From Mobula hypostoma (taxonomy: Eukaryota): a DNA stretch of 64,000 nt. The notes beneath the pieces are model-generated. The model ran no database searches. It saw only the letters and a program-made list of their open reading frames with translations, and was not told the DNA's origin. Shown here piece after piece: positions 50,136 to 64,000 of the stretch. The DNA lies in NCBI RefSeq assembly GCF_963921235.1, contig NC_086097.1, positions 190,652,001-190,716,000 of the forward strand. Direction: 5' to 3'. Positions within the stretch are counted from its first letter, which is position 1. The number at the start of each line of letters is the position of its first letter. Both the position numbers and the translations under genes were made by a program.

Positions 50136-50919
50136 CATCTACATTGCCTAGTCTTTTACCATTGAAAAATATTTTGTTCTTTTTGTTTTGTGCACCAGAG
50201 TAGACAACATCATATTTTTCCCACAGAATATTGGATCTGACAAGTTTTTATCTGTTCATTCAGCATGTCTATAGCCCCTTGATGCTTTCTTTACATCTTT
50301 CTCCCAATCCACAATCCATTAGCAAATTTCAGAATGTGCCATCTGCTTCTCTCAGCTAAACTGATGAAACAGATTGTGTATAGTGGCCCAAGATCCAATC
50401 CTATGGTACCTACAAATCACACTCTAACAACCTGAGAAAGATCCATTTATTCTGAGGCTTATTACACACTGAAAACCAGTTCTCAATGCTGTCAGTATAT
50501 CACCCTAGATTATTTTTACATTATTCAAAGAGTATGCACTGTTTCATCTACCTTAAGATTTTTTTTTTGCCTATTTGTAGAACCTGTAGCTTTATTTTTT
50601 GAGATCCAAGTGCCCTGCAAGATTAGCATTTACTACCCATCTCTGATTGCTCATGAGCTGGGGGTGGTGAGCTACCTTTTCGAAATGCCGCAGTGCCTCA
50701 TCTGGTTATCCCAAAACTGATGCTACGTGGGATTTACATCCAGCACTAGTAATGATTGGCAATAGATCACCAAATCAATATAATGAAGGGCATGTGGAGG
50801 AGCCTACAGGATCAGAAGGCATAAAATCCTTGAGGGTGGATTTAAGAACCTGCAAGGGTAAAAAGATGCTGATTAAAGTTATATAAAGACCCCGAACAAT
50901 TGCCACGTTGTGAGATATG

Positions 50920-51545
50920 AATTACAATTTGATAAACTTCTGGTGATGTGTACTGGAGAGTGTTTTGACTGTCTGCATCACAGCTTTGTATGAAAATCCT
51001 ACAAAAAGTAATGGATACATATAGTCCATCATGGGTAAACCATTAAGTATACCTACACAGAACGTTGTTGTAAGAAAGCAGCATCCATCATCAGAGACCC
51101 CACCGTCCAGGACATGTTCTCTTCCTGATGCTGCCATCAGGAAGAAGGAACTGGAGCCTCAGGATTCAGACCACCAGGTTCAGGAATAGTTATTATCCCC
51201 CAACCATTAGGCTCCTGAACCAGAGGGGATAACTTCGCTCAAGTTCACTTGCCACATCACTGAACTGTTCCCACACCTATGGGCTCCCTTTCAATGACTC
51301 TTCATCTCATATTCTCGAAATACATTGCTTGTTTATTTATTTATTTATTATTTCTTTTCTTGTATTTGCATAGTTTGTTGTCTTTTTCCCTCTGGTTGTT
51401 TGCCTTGTTGTGTGTGGTCTTTCATTGATTCTATTATGGTTATTGTGTTTACTGAGAATGTCTGCTAGAAAATGAATCTCAGTGTTGTAAATGGTGACAT
51501 GTATATACTTTGATATTACATTTACTTTGAACGTTGACCTTTGAG
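50920..51545 (+). mobile_element. Rex/L2-type LINE 3' fragment
   Basis: gcagcatccatcatcagagaccc..ctgccatcaggaagaagg; tttactttgaac tail. Confidence 0.75.
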
Positions 51546-51554
51546 ATAGCAAAG

Positions 51555-54177
51555 ACATGTAATCAGGACAATGTTACAACAGTCATGGGGGTTTTCAAAA
51601 TGTAATAGACTGGGAAAATCAGGTTGGTGCTGAATCCCAAGAGAGGGAATTTATGGAATGCATACGAGATGGTTTTTCAGAACAGCTTGTGTTGAGCCCA
51701 CTAGGGGAAAGGCAATTTTTGGATTTGGTGTTGTGAAATGAACCAGAATTTATTAGGGACCTTAATGTAAAGGAATCATTAGGAGGCAGTGATCGTAATG
51801 TTCACCTTGCAGTTTGAGAGGGAGAAGATAAAGTCAGATGTTTCAATATTACAGTGGAGTAAAGTGAATTACAGAGGCATGAGAGAGGAGCTGGCTGAAA
51901 TTGATTGGAAGGGGATACTAGCATGAAGGTTTGCAGAAGGTGCAGGTTAGATACATCCCAAAGATGGACGAGTATTCTAAAGAGAAGTTCAGACAACTAT
52001 TGCTAATAAAGGATGTCAAGGAGAACAAAGTTCAAAGTTTGAAGTTGAAAGTAAATTTTACTTTCAACATAAATGCCACAATATACAACCCTAAGATTCT
52101 TTCTCCTGCAGGCATACTCAGAAAATTGATAGAACAATAACCAAGTCTACAATCAGCTCCTTGGTATTGCGGATAGTGAGTGAGAGGTTGCTGTTATGAC
52201 ACCACTCGGCCAAATTTTCAGTCTCCCTTCTGTATGCTGATTCATACAGCCCACAACAGTAGTATCATCAGCAAACTTGAATATGGTGTTGGATCCATAA
52301 AGGCAAAAGAGAGGGCATATGATATTGTAAAGATTAATGGGAAGTTGCTTTAAAAAAACACCAAAAGACAGCTGAAAACAAAAAGAGAGAAAAGATAAAA
52401 TATGAAGGTAAGCTAGTCAATAATATAAAAGAGGATACCAATTGTTATTTTTAGAAATATAAAGAGTAAAATAGAGGTGACAGTGGATATTGGACCACTG
52501 GAAACTGACGCTGGAGAGGTAATAAAGGGGACAAAGAAGTGGTGGATTAACTTAATAAATGTTTTGTGTCAGTCTTCACTGTGGAAGATACTAGCAGTAT
52601 ACCAGAAATTTTAGTGTGTTGGGGGGCAGAAACTGAATGCAGTTGCTGTTATTAAGGAGAAGTTGCTTGGGAAGCTAAAAGGTCTGAAGGGGGACAAGTC
52701 ACCTGGACCAGATGGACTACACCTTGGGTTCTGAAAGAGGTAGCTGATTAGTAATGATTTTTTTCAAGAATCACTAGATTCTGGCATGGTTCTAGAAGAC
52801 TGGAAAACTGCAAATGTCTCTCACTCTTTAAGAAGGGAGAGAGGCAGAAGAAAGGAAACTATAGGCCAATTAGCCTGACTACAGTGGTTGGGAATGTGTT
52901 GGAGCCCATTATTAAGTACTGTATGAGGTTTTGGGGTATTTGGAGGTGCATGATAAAGTAGGCCAAAGGCAGCATGGTTTCCTTAAGAAAACATTGCTTG
53001 AGAAATCTGTTGGAATTTTCTGAGGAAATAACAGGCAGAATTGACAAAGGAGAGTCAATGGATGTTGTTTACTGGGAAGTTCAGAAGGCCTTTGACAAGG
53101 TATTTCACATGGGGGTGCTTAACAAGATAAGAGCCCATGGAATTACAGGAAATATACTAGCATGGATAGAAGATTGCTGACTGGCAGGAGGAAAAGAGTG
53201 GGGACAAAAGGAGTCTATTCTGGTTGGCTGCCGCTGACTAGTGGTGTTCCACGGAGGTCGGAATTGGAACCACTTCTTTTCATATCATATGTCAATAATT
53301 TGGATGACAGAAATGATGGCTTTTTGGTCAAGTTTGAAGACGATACAAAGATAGGTGGAGGAGCAGGGAGTATTGAGGAAGCAAGGCGTCTGCAAGGGCA
53401 GACAGGTTGGTAGAATGGGCAAAGAAGTAGCAGATGAAATACGGTGTAGGAAAATATATGGTCGTGCACTTTAGTAGGAGGAACAAAGGCGTACTGTACA
53501 CTATTTTCTAAATGGGGAATAAATTCAAAAATTCAGAAGGGCAAAGGGAATTGGGAGTCCCGTGCATGGTTCATTAAGGTTAACTTGCAGACTGAGTTGG
53601 TGCTAGAGGCATTGGTCTGACTGCACTTGGAGTATTGTAAGCAGTTTTGGGCACCTTTGCTAAGAAAAGTTGTGCTGGAATTGGAGAGGGTCCAGAGGAA
53701 GAATTGTTCCAGGAGAGAAAGGGTTAATGTACGAGAAACACTTGATTGCTCTGGGCCTCTACTCACTGGAGTTTAGAAGAATGAGAGGGGGATCTCATTG
53801 AAAGCTATCAAATATTGAAAGGCTTAGATAGAGTAGATGTGGAGAGAATGTTTCCTATAGTTGGTGATTCTAGGACCAGAGGGCACAGCTTGAGAATAGA
53901 GGGATGTCCATTTAGAACATAGATGAAGAGGAATTTCTATGACCAGAGGGTGGTGAATCTGTGGAATTCATTGCCACAGACAGCTGTGGAGGCCAAGTCA
54001 TTGAGTATATTTGAAGCAAAGGTTGATAGGTTCTTAATTAGTCTGGGTGTCAAAGGTAATGGGGGAAGACAGTAGAATGGGATTGTGAGGGATAATAAAT
54101 TGGTGATGATGGAATGGTGGATCTGACTTGATGGGCTGAATGGCCTGATTCTGCTCTTATGTCTTATGGTCTTATTA
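51555..54177 (+). mobile_element. 5'-truncated CR1, with an inverted L2/Rex fragment at ~52025-52292
   Basis: QKAFDKV, TSGVP, KFEDDTKIGG; tail tcttatgtcttatggtctta. Confidence 0.88.
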
Positions 54178-55254
54178 CTGCGTTCCTCTGCATTTGCTAT
54201 CCACATCATTCCTTGTGGTAGAGGATAAGAATTTGGAGAGTAGATTAAGTTAAAGACTATATTTTGGAGGGATTGAGTATTTTGGGCGATAGATGGGAGA
54301 ATCTTTAAGCAGCTTGCTTTGTCTAGGATGATGTTGAAATTCTAGAAAGTTTCTGGAGCTACCTCATCTAAGCATGTGCAGGCCCTTGGATCACACTCCT
54401 GATTTGTGCATTGTACTTTGTAAAAGAATTTCTGTTGTTATACTATGAGTCAGTCACCATAGGTTACTCAGTCTCTGATCTGTTGTTGTAGCTGTAGAAT
54501 TTAAATAGATCAGCCTTCTGTTCATCCAGCTGTGATTCTGATCAATAGTGACTCCCTTTAGATATCCAGTCTAAGTGGTTAAACTCTATTTTATGTTAGA
54601 TTGTTTTTGCCTGGCACTTCTGCAATGTTGAATGCTACTTGTCATTTATCAGCCCATGTCTGAATGTCACCTGGGTCGTGTATGCTGGCTTGGCTTGTTT
54701 CATTTGGTAAAGACTTGCAAGTGGAGTTGAACATGATGCAGTCAGCTTTGAGCATCCAGATCTCATGATGAATGGAAGGTCAGTGGCGATGCATCTGAAG
54801 ATGGTTGAGGCTCAGACTGTTGACCTCCAACAACTACATCTTGTTACGTAAAAGCTCTGACTCCGGTCATTGAAGTATTCTCCCCTAAGTGCCCGTGGTC
54901 TTCAGTTTTCATTGATTCATTGATTTTGTATTCATTCAAATGCTGCTGCGCTGTCAAGGGCAGTCACTTCTGAAGTTCAGCTCCTTAGTCCATATTTAGA
55001 GCAAGGCTTTGAAGAGTTCAGGAACAGATCCATAATGGTGAAACCCAAACCAGGTGAGCATAGCACTAGTATATGCAGCCACTTATTGAGTCATAGAAAA
55101 CTACAACAGAAAATAGGCCCTTAAGTCTATCTAGTCCATGGCAACCCATTTATACTTCTTAGTCCCATTGACCAGCAACAGGACCTGATAGCATTCTGGA
55201 CAACACATTCCATCCTTTAGTACAGACTGAACAGTAATGAGTTGGATTGTATTT

Positions 55255-55580
55255 TTCCTACTTTTGTGAACAAGACATACCTGGAGAGGATCCAGAGGAA
55301 GTTCACAAGGATGATTCTGGGAATGAAGGGGTTAACATATGAAGAGCATTTGGCGGCTTTGGGCCTGTACTCACTGGAATCTAGAAGCCAGACTGTGGTG
55401 GAGGCCAAGTCCGTGGGTATCCTTAAGGTGGAAGTTGATAGTTTCCAGATCGATCAGGGCAGTAAAGGATATAGCAAGAAGGCAGGTGTATGAGGTTGTG
55501 TGGGATCTGGGATGAGCCATGATGGAATGGTGGAACAGACTCTATGGCCTAGTTCTGCTCCGATATCTTATGTTCTTAAG
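55255..55580 (+). mobile_element. CR1 3' fragment
   Basis: LERIQRKFTRMILGMKGLTYEE. Confidence 0.8.
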
Positions 55581-56816
55581 GAAAGTTTTCTACAAGGTAG
55601 GCTGGATGCCAGTGTTGTAAATGTTCTGTAACCGCTGGTCATCTAGGTACTCCTAGATCTAGGGAGCAGGTCTTCGTTACTACAGATGGGGATGTTCTTT
55701 AGTCCTGTACCATTTGCTGTAACTGTTGATCTCTGACCTTTCTTGATACCACGTTGAATCTGATGAAGCTTCCGAATGCAATGAGCTGTGAGCTCATTAG
55801 CAGTCCCAAGCAGGGCCCCACTATTGTTAGTATTGGGATATTCTTGAAGTCTTCTTGTACCATTATTGTTTAATTTTTCATCCAATACACAAACAGATTT
55901 GACAGAATTGCAGAGCTTTCATCTGATACTCTGATGTAGTCCTCTGTTGCAGCCTCAGTAGGCTGTACCTATTTTATTTTGAGATATGCCAGGTGCATTT
56001 CCTGCACGTCCTTCTGTATTCAACCATTCACAATTCAGCATCCATCTTGAGCTCAGGTGAAACTTGGGAAAGAAAAGTTTGATAGAAAAAATTTGGAAAT
56101 GATTTTTGTCTGCTAATGTAAACAATGTATAACATTCAGATGTACTTTGTTAGGGAACTTGCTGGGATGAAGCACTGATGAGAAATTGTCAGCCTAAATT
56201 TCTGTGAAATCTGGGTAATACAATACATAAATTTTTGTGTAATCGTATGGCAGCTACAATATGCTGCAAACACTTATGTCACTTTTGATCCCACTTGATT
56301 ACTAAAATGCTAATAGCAGTTAGAATTACAACCTCCAGGAAAAAATATTCAGGGATCTGAATACAGTTTTCAACACTGCAATGGGTAAATTTGATATCAT
56401 GCACTCAACCAAGAACAATACTAATATTGCTTCTTCTACTTGTATTCACCAATAACAGGCATCCAATCCTTTTACTGATGCTGCGTCATTGCCTTTGGAA
56501 GCCTTGAATTTAAAAATAATCATTGTACATTGTCAAATGGAATATAATATTTAACCATGAAAGTTGATCATCGCATTTCTTCATGACAGAATACCTTCAC
56601 CAAATTTGAACTGCATATTACTCAACTTCCATTCTATTTAGCTGATTCTTCATGTCTTCAGAACATCTAAGAATGCCTTATAGTGTTGTTTACATCCCAA
56701 GAGGTTTATTTTTCTCCACATCACTCCATTTAATTCAATCCTCAGATTTAGAAAGACAAAACTGTATCTAAATCTGCATTTCACTTTATGACACCATTTA
56801 ATGCTGCTAGCTTTCA

Positions 56817-57255
56817 TAAAACATAGAACATAGAACAGTACAGCACATTACAGGCCCTACTGCTAGGCTGACCTTTTAAACTACTCTTAAGATCAATCTA
56901 ATCCTTTCCTCCCACGTAGCCCTCCATTTTTCCTCTCAACCGTGTGCCTGTCTAAGAAACCCTTGTCTCTAATGTCTCTAATATGCAGTATGTCCCTCTA
57001 CCTCTATCACTGGCAGTGCAGTCCATGCAACTAACACTTCGTCGGTAAAGAAATTTCCTCTGACATACCCCTAAACTGTCCTGTCCTCCAATCACTTTAA
57101 AATTAACCTCCCTCATTTTAGTCATTACCACCCTGGGAAAAATCTCTGACCGACCACTTGATTCATGCCTCATATCATCTTGTACACCTCTATCAAGTCA
57201 CCTCACATCCTCCAAAGAGAAAGGCTCTAGCTTGCTCAACCTATCCTCATAAGAC
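56817..57255 (-). mobile_element. CR1 3' fragment
   Basis: (catagaa)n tail and CR1 C-terminus. Confidence 0.8.
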
Positions 57256-58830
57256 ATGCCTTGAACACACCTGAATAATCAGCCAATTGATCGGCGAGGC
57301 CAGGCAGAAGAAAGGCAAGCCAACATTCATCTAGTTAGAATTAGTCAATGGCTACAAATCAATCCCACATGTCCTCATTCAGCTTGGCCTGGACCACTAC
57401 CATATCCTGCCAGTACTGCGATGTATCCATGCTGTAATTGTTATATGGTTTTATAGTTATGTGGTAATATGATCACCAGCTACCCAGGAGGATTCAAGCT
57501 ATGCTTCACTTCAGCCCACTTTCCAACCACTCTCCAAAAAGGGATTGCAACCAGCTCTACCATCTCCCTCATCTTGCTTGTCATGGGTATGAACCTACTC
57601 ATATCAGCAGCAGCAGGTGTAACCAGGAGCCCAGTGTTGGAGCCCAGCATCCAACAACCAGCAATACAGGGGTTTCATGGATGATATCACAGTAACCACT
57701 GTAACCCAGTGCAAGATGGGTACTGGAAACCCTGGACAACATAGCTACGTGGTTTAGGATGGCCTTCAAGACCAGAAAGTCCAGATGCATGGTGATTGAA
57801 AAGGGCAAGCTGCTAGCAAGTTCAGTTTTCAAGTACAGGAAGCAGTCATTCCATTCATAGAGGACAACCCAGTAAAGTGTCTTGGAATATGGTTTAATGT
57901 AGTAATGATGGGCAGTGCCAACATCATCGACACAATAAAACAGACTGAAGGGTGACAGAAGAAGATTGACCAAACTGGATTCCCTGGTAAATTTAAGACA
58001 TGGCTGTACCAACATGGTCTTCTACCAAGGCTGTTCTGGCTTTTTATGGTGTATGGTTTCCCTAGTAGAAGGCATCAAGAGGAAAGTCAACAAGCACCTG
58101 CAGGGGTGGCTAGGGATTCCCCCAGATTTTTCTTCAGTGGGGCTCTACATAAGATCAGGTCAGTTACAGACCCCATTGTCATCAGTAGTGGAGGAGTCCA
58201 AGGTGGCAGAGCATAGAGCTGTGTTAACACTGAGGGGCTCCAATGACAAGCTAATAAACCAAGCAGGAATCACAACAAGATTGGGTCAAAAATGGGCTGT
58301 CACAATAAGGTCCTGCTGTCCCTTGCGGACATGCTGGAGTGGGGGAGGTGTGAAAAGAGACCAGCTGACAGAGAGGCAAAGAGGGCAGTCATTTTCATCA
58401 AGGATAGGGCCATGCCAGTCATATCAAAGAGGCCTAAATCCAGTCTGTTGCAAACTGCCAAATCATGGGAGATGAGGGTCAATGTGGGGAGGAAGCTGTA
58501 GTACTGGGAGGTGGCGCAAACCACACTTTGACCAGACATAGTACTGTGGTCCAGTGAAGACAAGAAAACCATCCCAGTGGAGCTCACAGTACCATGGGAG
58601 GAAAGATGCAGGGAGGCTCTGAAGTACTAGTCCTTAGTCCAGGAGTCCTCCAGGGACAAAGGATAGCAGCTGTGGCTACTCCCCATGGAGACAGTCTGAG
58701 GAGTGTTACCAGCAAGGTTGGCATGGTGTTTGCTGTTTGCACAGGGCCTTGATGAAAAGAGCAAGAATGAAGCATGTCTTATGGGGTAGGAAGCAGAAAG
58801 AGCCTCTTGCTGGACATGGATCAGGCAAGG
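57256..58830 (+). mobile_element. Hero-like (restriction-like endonuclease) non-LTR remnant
   Basis: CLEHT, YKSIPH, GIATSSTIS, (F)MDD, WLYQHGLLPRL, WLGIP, PLSSVVEESKV, RPDIVLWS...VELTVPWEE. Confidence 0.8.
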
Positions 58831-58834
58831 GGAG

Positions 58835-61800
58835 TCATAGGAACAGAACTATGCCTTTCAGCCAATCGAGACTGCTCTGCCATTCCATCATGACTCATCC
58901 CAGATCCCACACAACCCCATACACCTGCCTTCCTGCCATATTCTTTGATGCCCTGACTTATCAGGAAATGATCAACTTCCTTAATCAACTTCCTTCTTTA
59001 AATTTATACAAGTACTTGGACTTCGCTGCAGTCTGTGGCAGAGCATTCCATGGATTTACTACTCTCTGGGTAAAAAAATTCCTTCTTACCTCTGTTCTAA
59101 AAGATTTCCCCTCAATTTTGAGGCTGTGCCCTCTAGTTCTGGATTCCTCCACCATAGGTTGCATCCTCTCCACATCTACCCTATCTAGTCCTTTCAAAAT
59201 TTGATAGGTTTCAACAAGATCCCCCCACATTCTTCTAAATTTCGGTGAGTACAGGCCCAAAGCTGCCAAATGCTGCTCATATGTTAATCCCTTCATTCCT
59301 GGAAACATCCTTGTGAAACTGCTCTGGCACCTCTCCAATGACAATACATCCTTTCTGAGCCCAAAACCTTTGACTATACTCTAAGTGCAGCCTGACTAGT
59401 GTCTTATAAAGGCTCAACATTATCTCCTCGCTTTTATATTCTATTCCCCTTGAAATAATTACCAACATTGCATTTGCTTTCTTTACCACAGACTCAACCT
59501 GTAAACTTATTTCAATATGTCTAAATCCTGCTGCAATCACATTGTTCCTCAGCACTACCTACCCCTCCACCTATCTTCGTATCATCCACAAACTTTGCCA
59601 CTAAGCTATCAATTCCATTATCCCAATCATTGACAAACAATGTGAAAAGCAGAGATCTCAATACTACCCCCTGAATTACACCACTAGTCACCAGAAGCCC
59701 ACCAGAGAAGTTCACCTTTTTTTCTACTCACTTCTTCCTGCCTGTCAGACATTCCTCTATCCATGCCAATATCTTTCCTGTAACACCATAGGATTTTACC
59801 TTATTAAGCAGCCTCATGCGTGGCACCTTATCAAACACCTTCTGAAAATCCAAGCAAATGAAATCCACTGCCTCTCCTTTGTCCACCCTGCTTATTAATT
59901 CCTCAACAAACTCTAACAGACTTATCAGGCAAGATTTCCCTTCACAGAAACCATGTTGGCTTTGAGTTATTTTATCATTAGTCTCCAAGTAGCTCGAAAC
60001 TTCATCCTTAATAATAGAGTCCAACATTTTCCCAACCGCTGAGGTTACGCTAACTGGCCTATAATTTCTTTTCTTTTGCCTTCCTCCCTTCTTAAAGAGT
60101 GAAGTGACATTTGCAATCTAGTAGTCCTCCAGGTCCATGCCAGAATCAAATAATTCTTTAAAGATCATGACGATGCATCCATTGTCTCTTCAGCAACCTC
60201 TCTCAGGACTCTGGGATGTAGTCCATCTGGGTCAGGTAACTTATCCACATTAAGACCTTTGAGTTTGCCTGGCACTTTTTCCTTTGTAATATTAATGGCA
60301 CTCACTCCTACTCCCTGACACTGACAGACATCTGGCACTCTGCTAGTGTCTTCCACAGTGAAGACAGATGCAAAGTACCCATTTAAACTCATCTGCCATT
60401 TCTTTGTCCCCCATTACTACCTCACCAACATCATTTTCCAGTGGTCCTTTATCAACTCTCACCTTCCTTTCACTCTTTATATAACAGAAAAAACTTTTGG
60501 TATCCTGCCACAAACAAAAAAATAATCTGCAGATGCTGGAAATTCAAGCAACACACGCAAAATAATGGGGAACTCAGCAGGCCAGGCAGCATCTATGATA
60601 GTGTCCTGCTTTATATTATTGGGTAGTCTGCCCTCATATTTAATCTTCTCCCTTCTTATAGCTTATTTAGTTGCCTTTTGTTGGATTTTAAAAGCTTCCC
60701 AAACATCCAACGTCCCACTCACTTTTGTTATCTTACATGCCCTTTCCTTGGTTTTTATGCAGTCCTTAACTTCCTTTGACCACCATGATTGCCGACCCCT
60801 GCCACTTGAGAACTTCTTCCTCTGTGGGACATACCTGTCCTATGCCTTGTGAACTATTTCCAGAAACTTCAGCCATCTCTGCTCTGCTGTCATCCCCACC
60901 AGTATTCTCCTCCAATCCACCTGGGCAAGCCCCTTTCTCATACCTCTGTAATTCCCTGTATTCTATTGTGATATGAATACATGTGGCTTATGTCTCTCCC
61001 TCTCAAACTGCAGTATGAATTCAATCAAATTATGATCACTGCCTCCTAAGGTTTCTTTTACGTTAAGTTCCCTAATAAGATCTGAGTTATTACACAACAC
61101 CCAATCTAAGATAGCCTTTCCCTGAGTAGGCTCAAGCACAAGCTGCTCTAAAAAGCCATCTTGCAGGCATTCAACAAATTCTTTCTCTTGCAATTTGACA
61201 CCAACCTGTTTTTCTCAAACCACTTGCATATTGAAGTCCCCATTACAATTGTGTCATTACCCTTATTACATGCCTTTTCCAGCTCCCATTCCAATCTTAA
61301 TTACACATCTTGGCTACTATTTGGAGGCCTATAGATGATTCTCATAATGGCTTTTTTCACTCCTGCAATTTCTTAACTCCACCTACAAAGTTTCAACATT
61401 CTCTGACCCGATGTCACCCCTTTCTAAAAATGCAAGTCCACCTCCTACCAACAGAGCCAGAAAACAGCCTATGCCTTCTTGCCTGTCCTTTTGATACAAA
61501 GTATATCCTTTGATGTAAGCTCCCAAATATGGCTTTTCTTCAGCCATGACTCACTGATGTCCTCAATGTCATACTGACCAAATTAAACTATGCCATGCGT
61601 TCGTCCACCTTATTCCAAATGTTACGTAAATTTAAATACAGCACCTTCAGTCCTGCATCCTTCACCCTTTCGAATTTTGCCTCGGTGGTAAAATTTAAAT
61701 CTTTTCACTTTCTACATTTGTACCAGGTAATTGGCTTGTCTTAACTTACATTCATGTTACATCCATCTTTTACTTATAAACCTGCTGGCTAACCCTCAGC

Positions 61801-64000
61801 TCTATCATCCTGGATCCCATCACCCTGTCATATTAGTTTAAATCACTCCCAACAGCTGCAGTAAATCTCACCGCAAGAATATTGGTCCCTTTGAATTCAG
61901 GTGAAATCCATTCCTTTTGTACAAGTCCCACCTGCCCCAGAAGATGTCCCAATTATCCAGAAATCTGAATCCCTGCCCCCTGCTCCAATTAATAAGAACA
62001 TAAGAACATAAGAAATAGGAGCAGAAGTAGGCCATCCGGCCCATCGAGTCTGCCCCACCATTCAATAAGATCATGGCTGATCTGTCCGTAAACTCAGCTC
62101 CATCTACCTGTCTTTTCCCCATAACCCTTAATTCCCCTACTATGTAAAAACTGATCTAACTGTATCTTAAACCTCAACTGCTTCCCTGGACGGAGAATTC
62201 CACAGATTCACCGCTCTCTGGGAAAAACAGTTTCTCTTCATCTTCATCCTAAATCTTCTCCCCTGAATCTTGAGGCAATGAACCCTAGTTCTAGTCTCAC
62301 CTACCAATGGAGACAACTTTCCTATTTCTATCTTATCTATCCCTTTCAAAAATTTGCATGTTTCTATAAGTTCCCCTCTCATTCTTCTGAATTCCAGAGA
62401 GTATAGTCCCAGGCATCTCAATCTCTCCTCATAGGTTAACCACCTCATTTCTGGAATCAGCTTGGTGAACCTCCTCTGCACTGCCTCCAAAGCCAGTATA
62501 TCCTTCCTCAAGTATGGAGACCAGAACTGCACACAGTACTCCAGGTGTGGCCTCACCAGTACCCTGTATAGTTGCAGCATGACCTCCTTGCTCTTGAATT
62601 TAATCCCTCTAGCAATGAAGGCCAACATTCTGTTTGCCTTCTTAATAACCTGTTGTATCTGCAAGCCAACTTTTTGTGATTCATGAACAAACACTCCCAA
62701 GTCCCTCTGTACAACAGCATGCTGCAATCTTTCACTATTTAAATAATAATCTGCTCTTCTATTACTCCTTGCAAAGTGGATGATCTTGTATTTCCCAAAT
62801 GCCAGACCTTGGCCCACTCACTTAACCTATCTATATCCCTCTGCAGACTCCCCACATCCTCTGTACAATTTGCTTTTCCACTCAGTTTAGTGTCATCAGC
62901 AAATTTTGCTACGATACACTCAGTCCCCTCTTCCAAATCATCAATGTAACTAGTAAACAGCTGCGGGCCAGCACTGAACCCTGCGGCACCCCACTCATCA
63001 CTGACTGCCAGCCGGAGAAACCCCCATTTATACCAACTGCCTTCTGTTGGTTAACCAATCCACTATCCATGCCAATACACTTCCTCTGACTCCATGCATC
63101 CGTATCTTACTTATAAGTCTCTTGTGTGGCACCTTATCGAACACCTTCTGGAAATCCAAGTATACGACATCCACCTGTTCCCCTCTATCCACTGCACTCA
63201 TTATGTCCTCAAAGAACTCCAGTAAGTTTGTCAAACAGGACCTGCCCTTTCTGAATCCATGCTGCATCCGTCTAATAGAACCACTCCTTTCTAAATGTTT
63301 TGCTATTTCTTCCTTAATGACAACTTTAAGCATTTACCCGACTACAGGTGTTAAGCTAACGGGCCTATAGTTGCCCATCTTTTGCCTACATCCTTTCTTA
63401 GCTCAAGATTCTTCAGCCCGAGATTATTACCCTTGAGATCCTGCTTCTCAGCTTCCTTCCTTACTCCCTCTTTACTTTTTTCAGGACCTCCTCCCTTTTT
63501 CTTGCTATGTTGTTGGTACCAATATGTACCATGGCTTCTGGCTGCTCACCTTCCCTTTTCAATATATTGTAGATGCATCCAGAAACATCTCAGACCCTGA
63601 CACCTGAGAGGCAAACTACCATTTATGTTTCTTTTTTGAATCCACAAAATTGCCTATCTGTTCCCCTGACTACAGAGTCTTCCGTAACTGCAGCCATCCT
63701 CTTCAGTTCCATACCCTTCTGAGCCACGTTGTCAGACTCAATGCCAGAGGCACGGCCACTGTTGCTTCCCCCAGGTAGGTCATCATCCCAACAGTACTCA
63801 AAATGGAGTACTTATTGTTGAGGGGGACTGCCACAATGGTGCTCTCCACTATCTGACGTTTTCCTTTCCATCTCCTAACAGTCACCCATTTATCTGTCTC
63901 CTGTAGCCTTGGGGTGACTGCCTCCCTGTAGCTCTTGTCTATCACTGCCATGCTTTCCCTAACAAGCCAAATGTCATCGAGCTGCAGCTCCAGTTCCCTA
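58835..64000 (-). mobile_element. Near-full-length CR1 running off the window, split by a younger CR1 and a PLE tail (~60508-60597)
   Basis: RT, APE (LGGSDHNLIEF) and esterase (DGF/NGFHLN-type motif) fragments in order. Confidence 0.85.
61991..63397 (-). mobile_element. Younger 5'-truncated CR1
   Basis: (taagaaca)n tail; 216-aa RT C-terminal frame; QHGFRKGRSCLTNL. Confidence 0.9.

Noticed and set aside
55643..55885. 80-aa minus-strand ORF in apparently unique DNA
   Set aside because: No recognisable motif, non-ATG start and no convincing splice sites
1..64000. CRISPR arrays, operons, rRNA or true tRNA genes
   Set aside because: None seen; recurring short motifs are dispersed TE tails, and tRNA-like heads belong to SINEs

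Overview
Eukaryotic, repeat-dominated window with no confidently identifiable host gene. It is most likely from a cartilaginous fish; this is inferred from the CR1, tRNA-SINE, Penelope and Rex landscape. It is a deeply nested set of decayed mobile elements: many CR1 LINEs (some near full length, with ORF1 esterase, APE and RT), three Ty3/Gypsy LTR elements plus a solo LTR, GIY-YIG Penelope-like elements (PLEs) with minimal hammerhead ribozyme motifs, an end-intact internally deleted Helitron, hAT-type MITEs, Rex/L2, RTE and Hero-type LINE remnants, and SINEs. All recognisable ORFs are broken TE frames. The most interesting signals are short PLE-derived fold-back elements that invert at or near the hammerhead and carry long TSDs, an intact minimal hammerhead core, a Tf1/sushi-type self-priming PBS, and a Helitron that keeps only 23-aa STPR-like repeats and a PIF1 helicase tail. 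Boundaries were read by eye and are approximate unless TSD or TIR coordinates are given.
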